A DNA stretch of 63,899 nucleotides, filler included, from Octopus bimaculoides (Eukaryota): the NCBI RefSeq assembly GCF_001194135.2. It is 4 parts of 3 records of this genome, joined end to end, with 100 filler letters (N's around TTAATTAATTAA, not from the genome) between each part and the next. Parts side by side here need not be neighbours in the genome. Positions count along the whole stretch, not along the records: positions 1 to 23,517 come from NC_069001.1; 3 more parts are not named here. One strand, given 5' to 3'. Of the stretch, positions 1 through 11,796 are shown piece by piece; within the stretch, counting starts at the first letter, position 1; every line of letters starts with the position of its first letter. Under the pieces are notes generated by a model that had not been told where the DNA came from, did not search any database, and saw only the letters and a list, made by a program, of their open reading frames with translations. The translations under genes were made by a program, and so were the position numbers.

Positions 1-91
1 ATATATATGTATGTATACGTATGTATGTATAAGAAGTGCGTCAGTGCATATATGCACCGATTGTGCCGGGCGTATAAACGTGTGTGTATCC

Positions 92-124
<33 letters not shown>

Positions 125-417
125 TTTGTGTATGTGTGTGAGCGCGTGGGTGCGTGTGTGTCACCAAAATTCATAAAAATCAAACAACCTATGAGGCAGC
201 CATATTAATTTTGATAACACGAAAATTGGAAGAAAAAAAACGAAATGAATATTTTCGATGTTTTCTTTTCGTTTTGCTTTTTGTTGTTTTTTTTTTTTAC
301 CTTTTATTTTCCTCTTGTTACGTATTTCTTCCTATTTCCTTTAGAAATTCTTCATATCTGTTGTAACAATCTTCTTTTGTTATTGTAGTTAATGTTGCTT
401 CACTTGTTGTTGCTGTC

Positions 418-420
<3 letters not shown>

Positions 421-450
<30 letters not shown>

Positions 451-525
451 ATTGTGGTGGTGGTAGTAGTGGTAGTAGTTATGGTGGTGGTGATGATGAC
501 GGTAGTGGTAGTAATTGTGGTGGTG

Positions 526-578
<53 letters not shown>

Positions 579-679
579 CGTATTGGTGGTGGTAGTGGTG
601 GTGATAGTAGTAGTAGTAGTAGTAGTAGAAATAGTAGTGGTGGTGGTAGTAGTCGTATTGGTGGTGGTAGTGGTGGTGA

Positions 680-712
<33 letters not shown>

Positions 713-853
713 AAATAGTAGTGGTGGTGGTAGTGATAATACGGGTGCTAGTAGTAGTAGTAATGGTGGTGCTGGTGTTGGTAGTGGTAGTAGTAGTGGT
801 GGTAATAGTAGTAGTGGTAGTAGTGGTGGTGGTAATAGTAGTAGCAGTAGTAA

Positions 854-906
<53 letters not shown>
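421..906. repeat. Compound (GTA)n/(GTG)n trinucleotide microsatellite
   Basis: Directly visible; it explains the poly-V, poly-T and poly-Y ORFs. Confidence 0.97.
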
Positions 907-908
<2 letters not shown>

Positions 909-936
909 TATTCTTGTCGTTGTTGTTGTTAACAAG

Positions 937-1008
937 CCAATAACGGCGTTTACACTGGTTTACACAGTTCCCTGTGGAACCAAGCAGTTCCTGAGATGCT
1001 GAAATACG
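937..1008 (+). CDS. Internal coding exon (phase 1-1, 72 nt) of an unidentified gene: (A)NNGVYTGLHSSLWNQAVPEMLKY
   Basis: Unique island between microsatellites; acceptor ttgttgttgttaacaag, donor CG|gtaaac; open frame joins in frame to 10371. Confidence 0.6.
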
Positions 1009-1018
1009 GTAAACAGCA

Positions 1019-1225
1019 ACAACAATAGCATCAGCCGCAACAACAACAACAACAACCCAGTCGATGCGAACAACAAGAACAACGAGAACAACAACAACAA
1101 CAGCAATGTATATATATATATATATATATATATNNNNNNNNNNNNNNNNNNNNNNNNNNNNNNNNNNNNNNNNNNNNNNNNNNNNNNNNNNNNNNNNNNN
1201 NNNNNNNNNNNNNNNNNNNNNNNNN

Positions 1226-1319
<94 letters not shown>

Positions 1320-1345
1320 GAAACGGTAACGACAACAACAACAGC
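1019..1345. repeat. (AAC)n and (TA)n microsatellites around an N-gap
   Basis: Directly visible. Confidence 0.95.
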
Positions 1346-1411
1346 AAATATCAACACCAGATGCAATAGTTACATTTACAGTAATAACAACAACAGCAAA
1401 AACAATAATAA

Positions 1412-1628
1412 TCTTTTCTACTGTAGGCAGAAGACCAGGAGTTTCGGGGTAGGGGGTTAAGTCGATTACATCGACCCTCCCCCAGTGCGTAACTGGTACT
1501 TACGTTATCGACCACGAAAGGATGAAAGGCGAAGTCGACCTCGGCGGAATTTGAACACAGAACGGTAAGGACGGACGAAATGCCGCTAAGCATTTTGTCC
1601 AGCGTTGGTAACGATTCTGCAGGGCCAG
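1412..1628 (-). mobile_element. tRNA-derived SINE, family A (label used here)
   Basis: Shares aagtcgattacatcgacc..actggtactt..gaaaggatgaaaggcgaagtcgacctcggcggaatttgaac with many copies in the window; reverse strand has A-box/B-box-like motifs. Confidence 0.85.
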
Positions 1629-1679
1629 CAATTTCGGAGGAACGGGTAAAGTCTTTATAACAACAACAAAAAGAAAGAG

Positions 1680-1691
1680 GATGATGATAAC

Positions 1692-1724
<33 letters not shown>

Positions 1725-1860
1725 GAGGAAATGGAGGATTATGATGATGATGAGGAGGAGGAGGAGAGGAGGAAGCGGAGGATAATGATGATGATAATGA
1801 TGAAGCAGATGATGATGATGATGATGAAGCGGAGGATTATAATGATGATGATGACGACGA
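1680..1860. repeat. (GAT)n/(GAG)n compound microsatellite
   Basis: Directly visible. Confidence 0.95.
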
Positions 1861-2040
1861 CGGGTGATGCCCATCCTCCACGTGCTACTGATTGGAAATC
1901 TGGATGCAGATGAACAAGCAGGATGCAAATAATAAAAACAAACACATTGCGAGAGAGTCATGCAGCAGAAACATATGTCGGACAGAGATTTAAATTAGAT
2001 ATGTCGTAAAATTACTGCAATGTATATATATATATATATG

Positions 2041-2205
2041 GAGGGAAGAGCAGATGTCAACTCGGGATTTGTGGTTGCTTTCGGACAATTCATGAGGCAC
2101 CCATTTTCCAAGTTTAACTCCATTAGACATTCTAAAATACTATTAAATTTCATTCAATTTTGAAAAAAAAGGTAAACATCGGACAGAACTTATGGGATGA
2201 CCTGA
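2041..2205 (-). mobile_element. Mariner deletion derivative: 5' TIR-like end plus transposase fragment
   Basis: Minus strand reads TA|tcaggtcatcccataagttctgtccgat, then KLGKWVPHELSESNHKSRVDICSSL, containing the mariner WVPHEL motif. Confidence 0.8.
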
Positions 2206-2379
2206 TATAACGTTGATAACGAAGAGGAATGTTGAGATTTTATTCACATCCGAAAACTTCTTTATTTAAAATGCTTTCTACAGCCTGAACATCTGACCCA
2301 CATATAATTCAACTGCAGCGACTCCACATTGCTTTGTATGCAATTATGCATTCTAGTCGATGCAATTTCATCAAGGGTC

Positions 2380-2455
2380 CATCACTCACGGAACCATGTG
2401 GTTGGGAAGCATGCTTCTGAGCACACAGCCACGCATGCACCTAACATACTGGAGA
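2380..2455 (-). mobile_element. SINE family C, head fragment
   Basis: ggaaccatgtggttgggaagc..cacacagccacg matches copies at 38160-38215 and 62930-62985. Confidence 0.7.
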
Positions 2456-2834
2456 TAGTAGTGCGTGCGTGCGTCTGTATTTTTACATGAGTTATATGAA
2501 TTATTAAGCCAACAAACGAATCGCAGAAGCGCTGATTTGAATTGGTTTCTTCGTGTAGACACATGACCTTTAAAGCTTCAAGGTACTTTACACCTATTAT
2601 CATATTTCCAAATAAGCAATTATTTAACTGATACATTTCACATATACTTATCTTATATTTCTTTTATTTTCTTAATACTTTTCACAAAATGTTCACTGGG
2701 ACGTAGAGTAACAGACTATTATATCATCATTTATAAGTTTTGGCTATTTTCTTCATCATAATTGTCCTACTTTATAATATTATTTCAAAGAAACGATATA
2801 ACAGTAACCAATAAAGCCGGAATTTCTATCCGGT

Positions 2835-2990
2835 TCTTTTATTCTTTTACTTGCTTCAGTCATTTTACTGCGGCCATGCTGGAGCACCGCCTTAAAGGGT
2901 TTTAGTCGAATAATCGACGTCAAAGACTTATTTTCTAAGCCTAGTACTTATTTTATGCGTCACTTTTTGCCGAGCTGCTAAGTTACGGGG
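2835..2990 (-). mobile_element. SINE family C, 3' part (runs into gap)
   Basis: gcggccatgctggagcaccgcctt..ttagtcgaat..gctaagttacgggg matches 37860-38000. Confidence 0.8.
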
Positions 2991-3464
2991 NNNNNNNNNN
3001 NNNNNNNNNNNNNNNNNNNNNNNNNNNNNNNNNNNNNNNNNNNNNNNNNNNNNNNNNNNNNNNNNNNNNNNNNNNNNNNNNNNNNNNNNNNNNNNNNNNN
3101 NNNNNNNNNNNNNNNNNNNNNNNNNNNNNNNNNNNNNNNNNNNNNNNNNNNNNNNNNNNNNNNNNNNNNNNNNNNNNNNNNNNNNNNNNNNNNNNNNNNN
3201 NNNNNNNNNNNNNNNNNNNNNNNNNNNNNNNNNNNNNNNNNNNNNNNNNNNNNNNNNNNNNNNNNNNGTATTGAACTTTTCAAAGTTTATAATCTAAAGA
3301 ACATTATTTCTCTTGCTCGCATTTTCCATGCCGAAGTACAGGGGAAAATCAACCAAATGATTTATGAAACGTGCTTCTCACAAATTCCTGTTAACCATCT
3401 CGTTACTAAATTAGCCTTTTCAAAGTAACTGTGGTTAATTTCCTACATTTAGTTTCCGATCCTG

Positions 3465-3760
3465 CGGTCTAGATCTCCGTCGCTTACAACGACGAGTGTT
3501 CCAGATGAGATCATCAACGGAACAGCCTACTCGTGAAATTAACATGCAAGTGGCTGAGCACTCCACAGACATGAGTAGCCCTAACAGGGAGATTCGGTAT
3601 GAAACAAAATGTAACAAGGCTGGCCCTTTTTAAAATAACAGGCACTACTCATTTTTACCATCTGAATTGTTTGGAGCAACGTGAAATAAAGAGACTTGCT
3701 CAAGGACACACTGCGACCGGTGAGCAGAGTACACTAACCACTAAACCACGCATCGCCTCA
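3465..3760 (-). mobile_element. Chimeric SINE: tRNA head, CORE/Meta-like domain and family-D 3' domain
   Basis: Reverse strand has tgtccttgagcaagtc..tttcacgttgctcca (as at 50460-50495) followed by ctcagccacttgcatgttaatttcacgagtaggctgttccgttgat (as at 55770-55815). Confidence 0.75.
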
Positions 3761-4193
3761 GTTGGTTTTCAAACGCCTCATATTTAACTTAATTCTACTC
3801 TCAAGATTTAATTCTGATTCGCTGAAACCTTTTTTCTTCCTATATCCCAATTAATCAGTACGAAACTAAGTATAGGAATTTTAGTACACATTTTCTTATG
3901 ATTACTAACATCTACTTACTTCATTTTAATACATATTTCCATATCTGTTAATCTTTCATTATTTAGCTTTTATTCCAAAATATCCATTATCACGCAATTT
4001 CCTTTTAACTGATATCTCATGTTTACTCTATGGTCTCTTGTAGTTACCAGCTCTATTGTTCTTACGCCTACTAATATTTTCTCAATAATAAATTACACAG
4101 TATTGTCATACACGTTATCAGTTTTACACTAACTTGCAATGGTTAATGTTATTTTAAGAAACGTGTCACTTCTTTGCACATATAACCAGCAAC

Positions 4194-4224
<31 letters not shown>

Positions 4225-5506
4225 AGCAATGTTAATTCTCTAAATGAAGTATTAACAGTAACTGCACGATAAAGTGTAGTATATTGCCACTTAAGTGTGG
4301 CTGACCCCTAGGGGTGGATGCTACTGTTGCTTTTAGCCCCAGGAGGACATCTCCTCCAGCTGGCTTATCGACACACGACTGTGTCCTGTTTGCCAAGGGA
4401 AGTTATCCCTCTCACCATGATCTGTAGCACGAACGGNNNNNNNNNNNNNNNNNNNNNNNNNNNNNNNNNNNNNNNNNNNNNNNNNNNNNNNNNNNNNNNN
4501 NNNNNNNNNNNNNNNNNNNNNNNNNNNNNNNNNNNNNNNNNNNNNNNNNNNNNNNNNNNNNNNNNNNNNNNNNNNNNNNNNNNNNNNNNNNNNNNNNNNN
4601 NNNNNNNNNNNNNNNNNNNNNNNNNNNNNNNNNNNNNNNNNNNNNNNNNNNNNNNNNNNNNNNNNNNNNNNNNNNNNNNNNNNNNNNNNNNNNNNNNNNN
4701 NNNNNNNNNNNNNNNNNNNNNNNNNNNNNNNNNNNNNNNNNNNNNNNNNNNNNNNNNNNNNNNNNNNNNNNNNNNNNNNNNNNNNNNNNNNNNNNNNNNN
4801 NNNNNNNNNNNNNNNNNNNNNNNNNNNNNNNNNNNNNNNNNNNNNNNNNNNNNNNNNNNNNNNNNNNNNNNNNNNNNTATATATATATATATATGGATAC
4901 TCGTTTGCTAGGCTTAACGGTAGTCTAATCCAGCTTGCATATATGCATAAAAATTGTTTTTCGTAAAAGTATAACGTATAACATAAGCCTTTCCCGATTT
5001 TGAACAAAAGTTAGGCACTATAAAATCTAGCAGACACTTCCATTGCTATTTCTTGAGAAAATTCCAACGAAGAACTGGTTGAAATGTTTTAGTTCTTTAA
5101 TAATGTACTTACCATGCAACGAATGATTGGAGTATGACATAAAACAATAGCAGTCATTTAATCATCAAACTTAGAACAACACCAATGCGAACTGTTTTTT
5201 TTTTTATTATGTATGTGTTATACACAAAGTAGTACTGAATATATGAAGAATAACATGGGTTTTCACTCGTGAATGCACAAGCCTATCAACTTTTCTGAGC
5301 ATGTCAATTATTAGATAGATGTATGATGTAATTTTGTTGCTTTTTTGTTTTTTAAGGAAGGAAGGCAACGAATCAAATCTCTCTGTGCTGGTGACTAATC
5401 AGATTTCGATGTGTTTGCGAATACTTTTTTCCTTATAAGTTGTGCTGTTTCTCTACTTCAATCGTTTGGAATAATCGAAACATGGAACTCAAAGTTACTC
5501 TTCAAG

Positions 5507-5557
<51 letters not shown>

Positions 5558-5906
5558 TAACAATGTTGTGTAGCAACACATATATGTAGACGTGTATCTA
5601 CATATATACATATACACGCGCATGCATAGGTATGTTATTGCACAACGTTAATTATATATTTATATAGCTACAAGCGACGCATTTTTACTGCATCTACGCC
5701 ATCTCTTAGAATGTTGATCTTCTACATACGAACGCATACAGACCTCCACGCAATTCACACACATATACACACAGATAGACATGCGATGCCTACATACACA
5801 TAAACAATCACGACACCATTCCGCGCGCACACACGACATACAGGACGTCACGCAACCTCATACTCACGCAGTCAGTCAAGCCATCCCTCACTCTTACATA
5901 CAAACT

Positions 5907-5961
<55 letters not shown>

Positions 5962-6387
5962 GCATATATATATAGACACACACTTTGGAGTTGTGTAAGT
6001 ATGCTACAATTTATTGAAGAAGANNNNNNNNNNNNNNNNNNNNNNNNNNNNNNNNNNNNNNNNNNNNNNNNNNNNNNNNNNNNNNNNNNNNNNNNNNNNN
6101 NNNNNNNNNNNNNNNNNNNNNNNNNNNNNNNNNNNNNNNNNNNNCTCTCCCACTCTCTCTCTCTCTCTCTCTCCGTCTCTATACACATACATACATGCAT
6201 ACATAAATATATATATGTACAAAGACAACTACTTACCACAAAAATACGACACGCACAAAACCCACACATTTATGCATCAAACTAACTAACTAGTTTGTAT
6301 GTATGTATGTATGTATGTATGTATGTATATATACACACATATATATATATACATATGTACGTGTGTATATATACATATGTATGTGTA

Positions 6388-6471
<84 letters not shown>

Positions 6472-7589
6472 TGACAGAGAGGCAGAACTATGGACCTACC
6501 TACCTACCTACCTACCGACCTACCGACCTACCAACCGACCAATCTTCCCATCTTATATCTTGCTATCTAATAATTCTTTTATATCAAGCAACATATCTCA
6601 CAATCTATCTTTATAACTTAACATTGATATTTATAATCTAACATTTCTGTATTATGGTTAAATTAAATCTACATCATAACAATCTTAAATCGATCTTACA
6701 CATGTCTTATATCTGTCTAATACGTATACTTACATCTAAATACCTTTTATGTGCGTGTATGTGATTATGTTTATGTGTGTGTGTGTGTGTGTATATATNN
6801 NNNNNNNNNNNNNNNNNNNNNNNNNNNNNNNNNNNNNNNNNNNNNNNNNNNNNNNNNNNNNNNNNNNNNNNNNNNNNNNNNNNNNNNNNNNNNNNNNNNN
6901 NNNNNNNNNNNNNNNNNNNNNNNNNNNNNNNNNNNNNNNNNNNNNNNNNNNNNNNNNNNNNNNNNNNNNNNNNNNNNNNNNNNNNNNNNNNNNNNNNNNN
7001 NNNNNNNNNNNNNNNNNNNNNNNNNNNNNNNNNNNNNNNNNNNNNNNNNNNNNNNNNNNNNNNNNNNNNNNNNNNNNNNNNNNNNNNNNNNNNNNNNNNN
7101 NNNNNNNNNNNNNNNNNNNNNNNNNNNNNNNNNNNNNNNNNNNNNNNNNNNNNNNNNNNNNNNNNNNNNNNNNNNNNNNNNNNNNNNNNNNNNNNNNNNN
7201 NNNNNNNNNNNNNNNNNNNNNNNNNNNNNNNNNNNNNNNNNNNNNNNNNNNNNNNNNNNNNNNNNNNNNNNNNNNNNNNNNNNNNNNNNNNNNNNNNNNN
7301 NNNNNNNNNNNNNNNNNNNNNNNNNNNNNNNNNNNNNNNNNNNNNNNNNNNNNNNNNNNNNNNNNNNNNNNNNNNNNNNNNNNNNNNNNNNNNNNNNNNN
7401 NNNNNNNNNNNNNNNNNNNNNNNNNNNNNNNNNNNNNNNNNNNNNNNNNNNNNNNNNNNNNNNNNNNNNNNNNNNNNNNNNNNNNNNNNNNNNNNNNNNN
7501 NNNNNNNNNNNNNNNTATATATATATATATACGTATGTATGTATGTATGTATGTATGTATGTATGTATTTTTGTATGTGTGTTTGTGTA

Positions 7590-7634
<45 letters not shown>

Positions 7635-8033
7635 GTGCCGGAATATGCCGAGACCAGCACGAAAACACAAGCACACACCAAAACTGAGTGGTACCGGAAG
7701 TATTCACCGTAGTGACCAGCATTTATTACTGCACATAGCAACATGGAAAAAAATTCCCCGAATCAAGAAGCTGGGCAAAAATGATAATAATTTTGAAGCT
7801 GAGTGAAAAGACAGATGAAATAATATCATATAAACCCACCTCCCTTCTATGAACAGCGTAGAGAATTTTAGAATGGATGATCTTTGGCATTACTAATTAA
7901 TTCATCGTACAGCCTTTCTAAATCACAGCAAGATTCAAGCCTCTGCATTTAAGTACCACCAATACCACCACCACCACCACCCTATGCAGCAACCCCACAT
8001 TTCGCCTCACCTTTAATATTCTATTCTAAAGGA

Positions 8034-8095
8034 AGGGGGCGAGCTGGCAGAATCCTTAGCACGCCGGACGAAATGCTTAGCGGTATTTCGTCCGT
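8034..8095 (+). mobile_element. SINE family A, 5' head fragment
   Basis: ggcgagctggcagaatccttagcacgccggacgaaatgcttagcggtatttcgtcc. Confidence 0.85.
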
Positions 8096-8100
8096 TATAT

Positions 8101-8231
8101 ATTATCGACCTCGAAAGAATGAAAGGCAAAGTCGACCTTAGAGGAATTTGAACTCAGAATATAAAATGCCGGAAGAAACGTTGCTAAGCATTTTGTCCGA
8201 TAAACTAATGATTCTACCATCTCACTGCCTT
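8101..8231 (-). mobile_element. SINE family A copy
   Basis: Family A sequence in the opposite orientation to 8034-8095. Confidence 0.85.
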
Positions 8232-8243
8232 GAGGTTTATACT

Positions 8244-8443
8244 GGCTTCAAATTTTGGCACAAGACCAGCAATTTCGGTGGAGGGGACTAGTTAATCACA
8301 TCGACCCAAGTTTTCAACTGGTACTTATTTTATCGATCCTGAAATAGATGAACGGCAAAGTCGACCTTGGTGAACTTTGAACTCAGAACGTAAAGACGGA
8401 AGAGATTATAGCTAAGCATCGAACGAATCTACCAGCTCACCAT
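8244..8443 (-). mobile_element. SINE family A, near full length
   Basis: Starts with the ggcttcaaattttggcacaagaccagc tail variant. Confidence 0.85.
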
Positions 8444-9235
8444 TTTGGGATAAATTAATATTAGAACTCTGAAATGTTTGGCAATTCTAAGATGTATGCG
8501 AAATTGAGCAGTGTATAAATAGAGGAAGCAGAATATATTAGATTAATATTGAGAATTACATTCATCTTGAATATCTATAACATAAAATTAGGAGGGAGTA
8601 AAAAAAAAAAAATTTGAAATAATGTAAATGAGTACAGTAGAAGACAGTATTAATAATATGGTATTGAATATTGAAGGTTTCTAAGATGGCAGTAAAAGAA
8701 AATATTAGAATGGTCAAAGAAAGTGAAATAACGGGGTGTGACGGGAAAAATATTATGAAGTATAAATAAAGAAAAATATATAAATTATAGTAAAATGTGG
8801 GGCGGGTAGAGAGACTTGTTAAAATGTTAGAACTGTACTGACAAAAGAATATGACAAAAAAAGGGAAATGTATTATTCTTAGAAGACTGGCTGTCTGGGT
8901 GTGTGGTGGGGATTGGGGTGGCAGTTAAAGAAATGAGAAGGTAATTAGTAAGAATGAGAGTATGTGGAATATGAAGGAAGTTTTGACGAAAATTAAATAT
9001 GAATAAATTTGAGTGAAATAAGGTGGGAGCAAAAAGATATTTTAATATTATGTATAGAAACGAAATGACAATGAGATGAGACGAAGATAATGAAAAATTG
9101 CACTGATAGGGATTGGAGAAGAAGATCAGGTGAATTAGTAAGGAAAGAGATGGGAGGAAAAGGTAATATGAGTATTATAGGAACTATGGGCCGATATGGA
9201 GAGTAAAGTGAAGATGCGTGGCTTAGTGATTAAGG

Positions 9236-10080
9236 CAGTGTTTCTCAACCTTTTTTTACCCTCTCATAACCCTTAAAATAAATTACATATCTCAAGGAAC
9301 CTCTGCACAAAAGAAATTATATATTTTTTCATCGTAGTTCACGTGGTAACCTCGTGGACATCGGTGGCGATTTTTTCTTCCTCCGTTTTTCCCTTCTTTG
9401 AACTTTCCTTGTTTCCGACGAAGAGCTCCGCTCGAAACGTCATACTCTCTCTCTTTCATTTCCCGAGCGTCTAGTAACACTATCTGTATCACGTCCTCAC
9501 GTTGTTGTTTTTTGTCTTTCTCCTTTTTTGGAACTTATATATATATATAAAATTTTAAAATTATAATACAGGGTATCAAGAGATACCACCACGCTGAAAA
9601 AATAGCAGTCAAATCCTGACTCTAAAACCACANNNNNNNNNNNNNNNNNNNNNNNNNNNNNNNNNNNNNNNNNNNNNNNNNNNNNNNNNNNNNNNNNNNN
9701 NNNNNNNNNNNNNNNNNNNNNNNNNNNNNNNNNNNNNNNNNNNNNNNNNNNNNNNNNNNNNNNNNNNNNNNNNNNNNNNNNNNNNNNNNNNNNNNNNNNN
9801 NNNNNNNNNNNNNNNNNNNNNNNNNNNNNNNNNNNNNNNNNNNNNNNNNNNNNNNNNNNNNNNNNNNNNNNNNNNNNNNNNNNNNNNNNNNNNNNNNNNN
9901 NNNNNNNNNNNNNNNNNNNNNNNNNNNNNNNNNNNNNNNNNNNNNNNNTGTGTGTGTGTGTGTGTGTGTAAATATATAAATTGAAATTAGCATCAGCTTA
10001 TCTCACTCCTTTTCGCGGGACCCTTAGGAAACCATTGCAGAACCCTAGGGTTCCGGGGAAATCCCGATTGAGAAACGCTA
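9236..10080. mobile_element. Non-autonomous hAT (Charlie-like) element with nested insertions and a gap
   Basis: Left end cagtgtttctcaacc; right end gaaccctagggttcc..gattgagaaacgcta (imperfect TIR); no clear 8-bp TSD. Confidence 0.6.
9400..9530 (+). mobile_element. Probable Penelope-like terminal fragment with a degenerate hammerhead motif
   Basis: ccgacga-a-gagc-tcc-gctc-gaaa-cgtc at 9415-9441. Confidence 0.5.
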
Positions 10081-10370
10081 TTCGGTCCACGATTGTAAGA
10101 TCGTGTAAGTTCAATGGGTCAGCTTCGACATAATCGGTCTGTCACGTTGAATTATGCAAATTTTCCAGCTTTACACTCCATGTTTTGTGTACTTTTTATT
10201 GAGTGTGGTTAATTTTGCTGTTATTAACATATACTTTAAATTTCATACATATACACATGCATATAAACATACAGACAGGCAGAAAGACAGATGTATATAC
10301 ATATATATATATACACACACACATACACACTCATACATATGTGTGTATGTATGTGTGTGTATGTAAACAG

Positions 10371-10492
10371 ATTTTAAGCACAACCGCAGAAATGTACTTA
10401 GCAAGAATCTCAGCCTAGCCCTGCCGGATCTGAAAAATTACGACCACAATGTGACTTGTAAAATCGATAGAAGCAACCTGTTTGTTATTATG
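10371..10492 (+). CDS. Internal coding exon (phase 1-0, 122 nt): (D)FKHNRRNVLSKNLSLALPDLKNYDHNVTCKIDRSNLFVIM
   Basis: aaacag acceptor (weak pyrimidine tract), ATG|gtaata donor; open frame compatible with both neighbouring exons. Confidence 0.6.
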
Positions 10493-10600
10493 GTAATATA
10501 TTACGAAAACAAACAACATTATAAATGATGTCAACAAATTTGTCAATTAAGAATGAGGATACTGATCAATTAATTAAGAACTCCCTCTCTCTCTCTCTTA

Positions 10601-10635
<35 letters not shown>

Positions 10636-10637
10636 TG

Positions 10638-10672
<35 letters not shown>

Positions 10673-11203
10673 NNNNNNNNNNNNNNNNNNNNNNNNNNNN
10701 NNNNNNNNNNNNNNNNNNNNNNNNNNNNNNNNNNNNNNNNNNNNNNNNNNNNNNNNNNNNNNNNNNNNNNNNNNNNNNNNNNNNNNNNNNNNNNNNNNNN
10801 NNNNNNNNNNNNNNNNNNNNNNNNNNNNNNNNNNNNNNNNNNNNNNNNNNNNNNNNNNNNNNNNNNNNNNNNNNNNNNNNNNNNNNNNNNNNNNNNNNNN
10901 NNNNNNNNNNNNNNNNNNNNNNNNNNNNNNNNNNNNNNNNNNNNNNNNNNNNNNNNNNNNNNNNNNNNNNNNNNNNNNNNNNNNNNNNNNNNNNNNNNNN
11001 NNNNNNNNNNNNNNNNNNNNNNNNNNNNNNNNNNNNNNNNNNNNNNNNNNNNNNNNNNNNNNNNNNNNNNNNNNNNNNNNNNNNNNNNNNNNNNNNNNNN
11101 NNNNNNNNNNNNNNNNNNNNNNNNNNNNNNNNNNNNNNNNNNNNNNNNNNNNNNNNNNNNNNNNNNNNNNNNNNNNNNNNNNNNNNNNNNNNNNNNNNNN
11201 NNN

Positions 11204-11277
<74 letters not shown>

Positions 11278-11299
11278 CGTGTGTGTAAGAGCGTGTGTG

Positions 11300-11575
11300 A
11301 AGGCGCGTGGTCTAGTGGTTAGGGTGTTGCCTAGATCGTGGATTCGATTCCTGTACCGAGCCGGTGCGTTGTGTTCACGTTGCTCCAGTTCACTCAGCTG
11401 CAAATGGATACACCCTGCGACCGACTAGCCTCCCTATCAAAGGGAATGTTGACCAACTCGCCTCGCCAGTGGAGTGGCATCATTCGAATGCTAAAACAAT
11501 GCAAAACGCATTGTGACTAGTGATGTAAAACAGCATCCGATAATCTGGCTGATTACGTGATTACGTGATCACGTG
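11300..11575 (+). mobile_element. tRNA-derived SINE with CORE/Meta-like domain and a distinct 3' body; (GATTACGT)-like tail
   Basis: ggcgcgtggtctagtggttagg head, ttcacgttgctccagttcactcagctg shared with 50485-50510, then ccctgcgaccgactagc. Confidence 0.75.
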
Positions 11576-11664
11576 ATAGCAACACATACACACACACATA
11601 TATATGTATTATATTTGTGTATTACTCCCGCTAATCTCAAAAGGGATTATTTGTCCTCTTCCAG

Positions 11665-11796
11665 TACATTGACGGACAGTTTAACCCTGGCTGTCGCACC
11701 AGAGCACTGTTTCATCACATAAAATGCATAAACCTCTCCAAAGCCAAATCTCTCAAATCATTGCACCAACTTATACAACTGTCATTTAATAACTAG
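11665..11796 (+). CDS. Probable terminal coding exon (phase 0): YIDGQFNPGCRTRALFHHIKCINLSKAKSLKSLHQLIQLSFNN*
   Basis: Strong acceptor ttatttgtcctcttccag; open to TAG at 11794-11796; AATAAA downstream at 12207-12212. Confidence 0.6.
   Translation, partial: YIDGQFNPGCRTRALFHHIKCINLSKAKSLKSLHQLIQLSFNN

Noticed and set aside
318-1369. Long poly-T, poly-V, poly-Y and poly-N ORFs, and all similar ORFs across the window
   Set aside because: They are translations of microsatellites or read through N-gaps.
5110-5200. Minus-strand donor ATG|gtaagt as a start exon
   Set aside because: No good acceptor or promoter evidence and no partner exon.
10371-11796. Assigning the spliced peptide to a POMGNT1-like glycosyltransferase
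   Set aside because: Only a vague DH..C..KC spacing resemblance, with no diagnostic motif.
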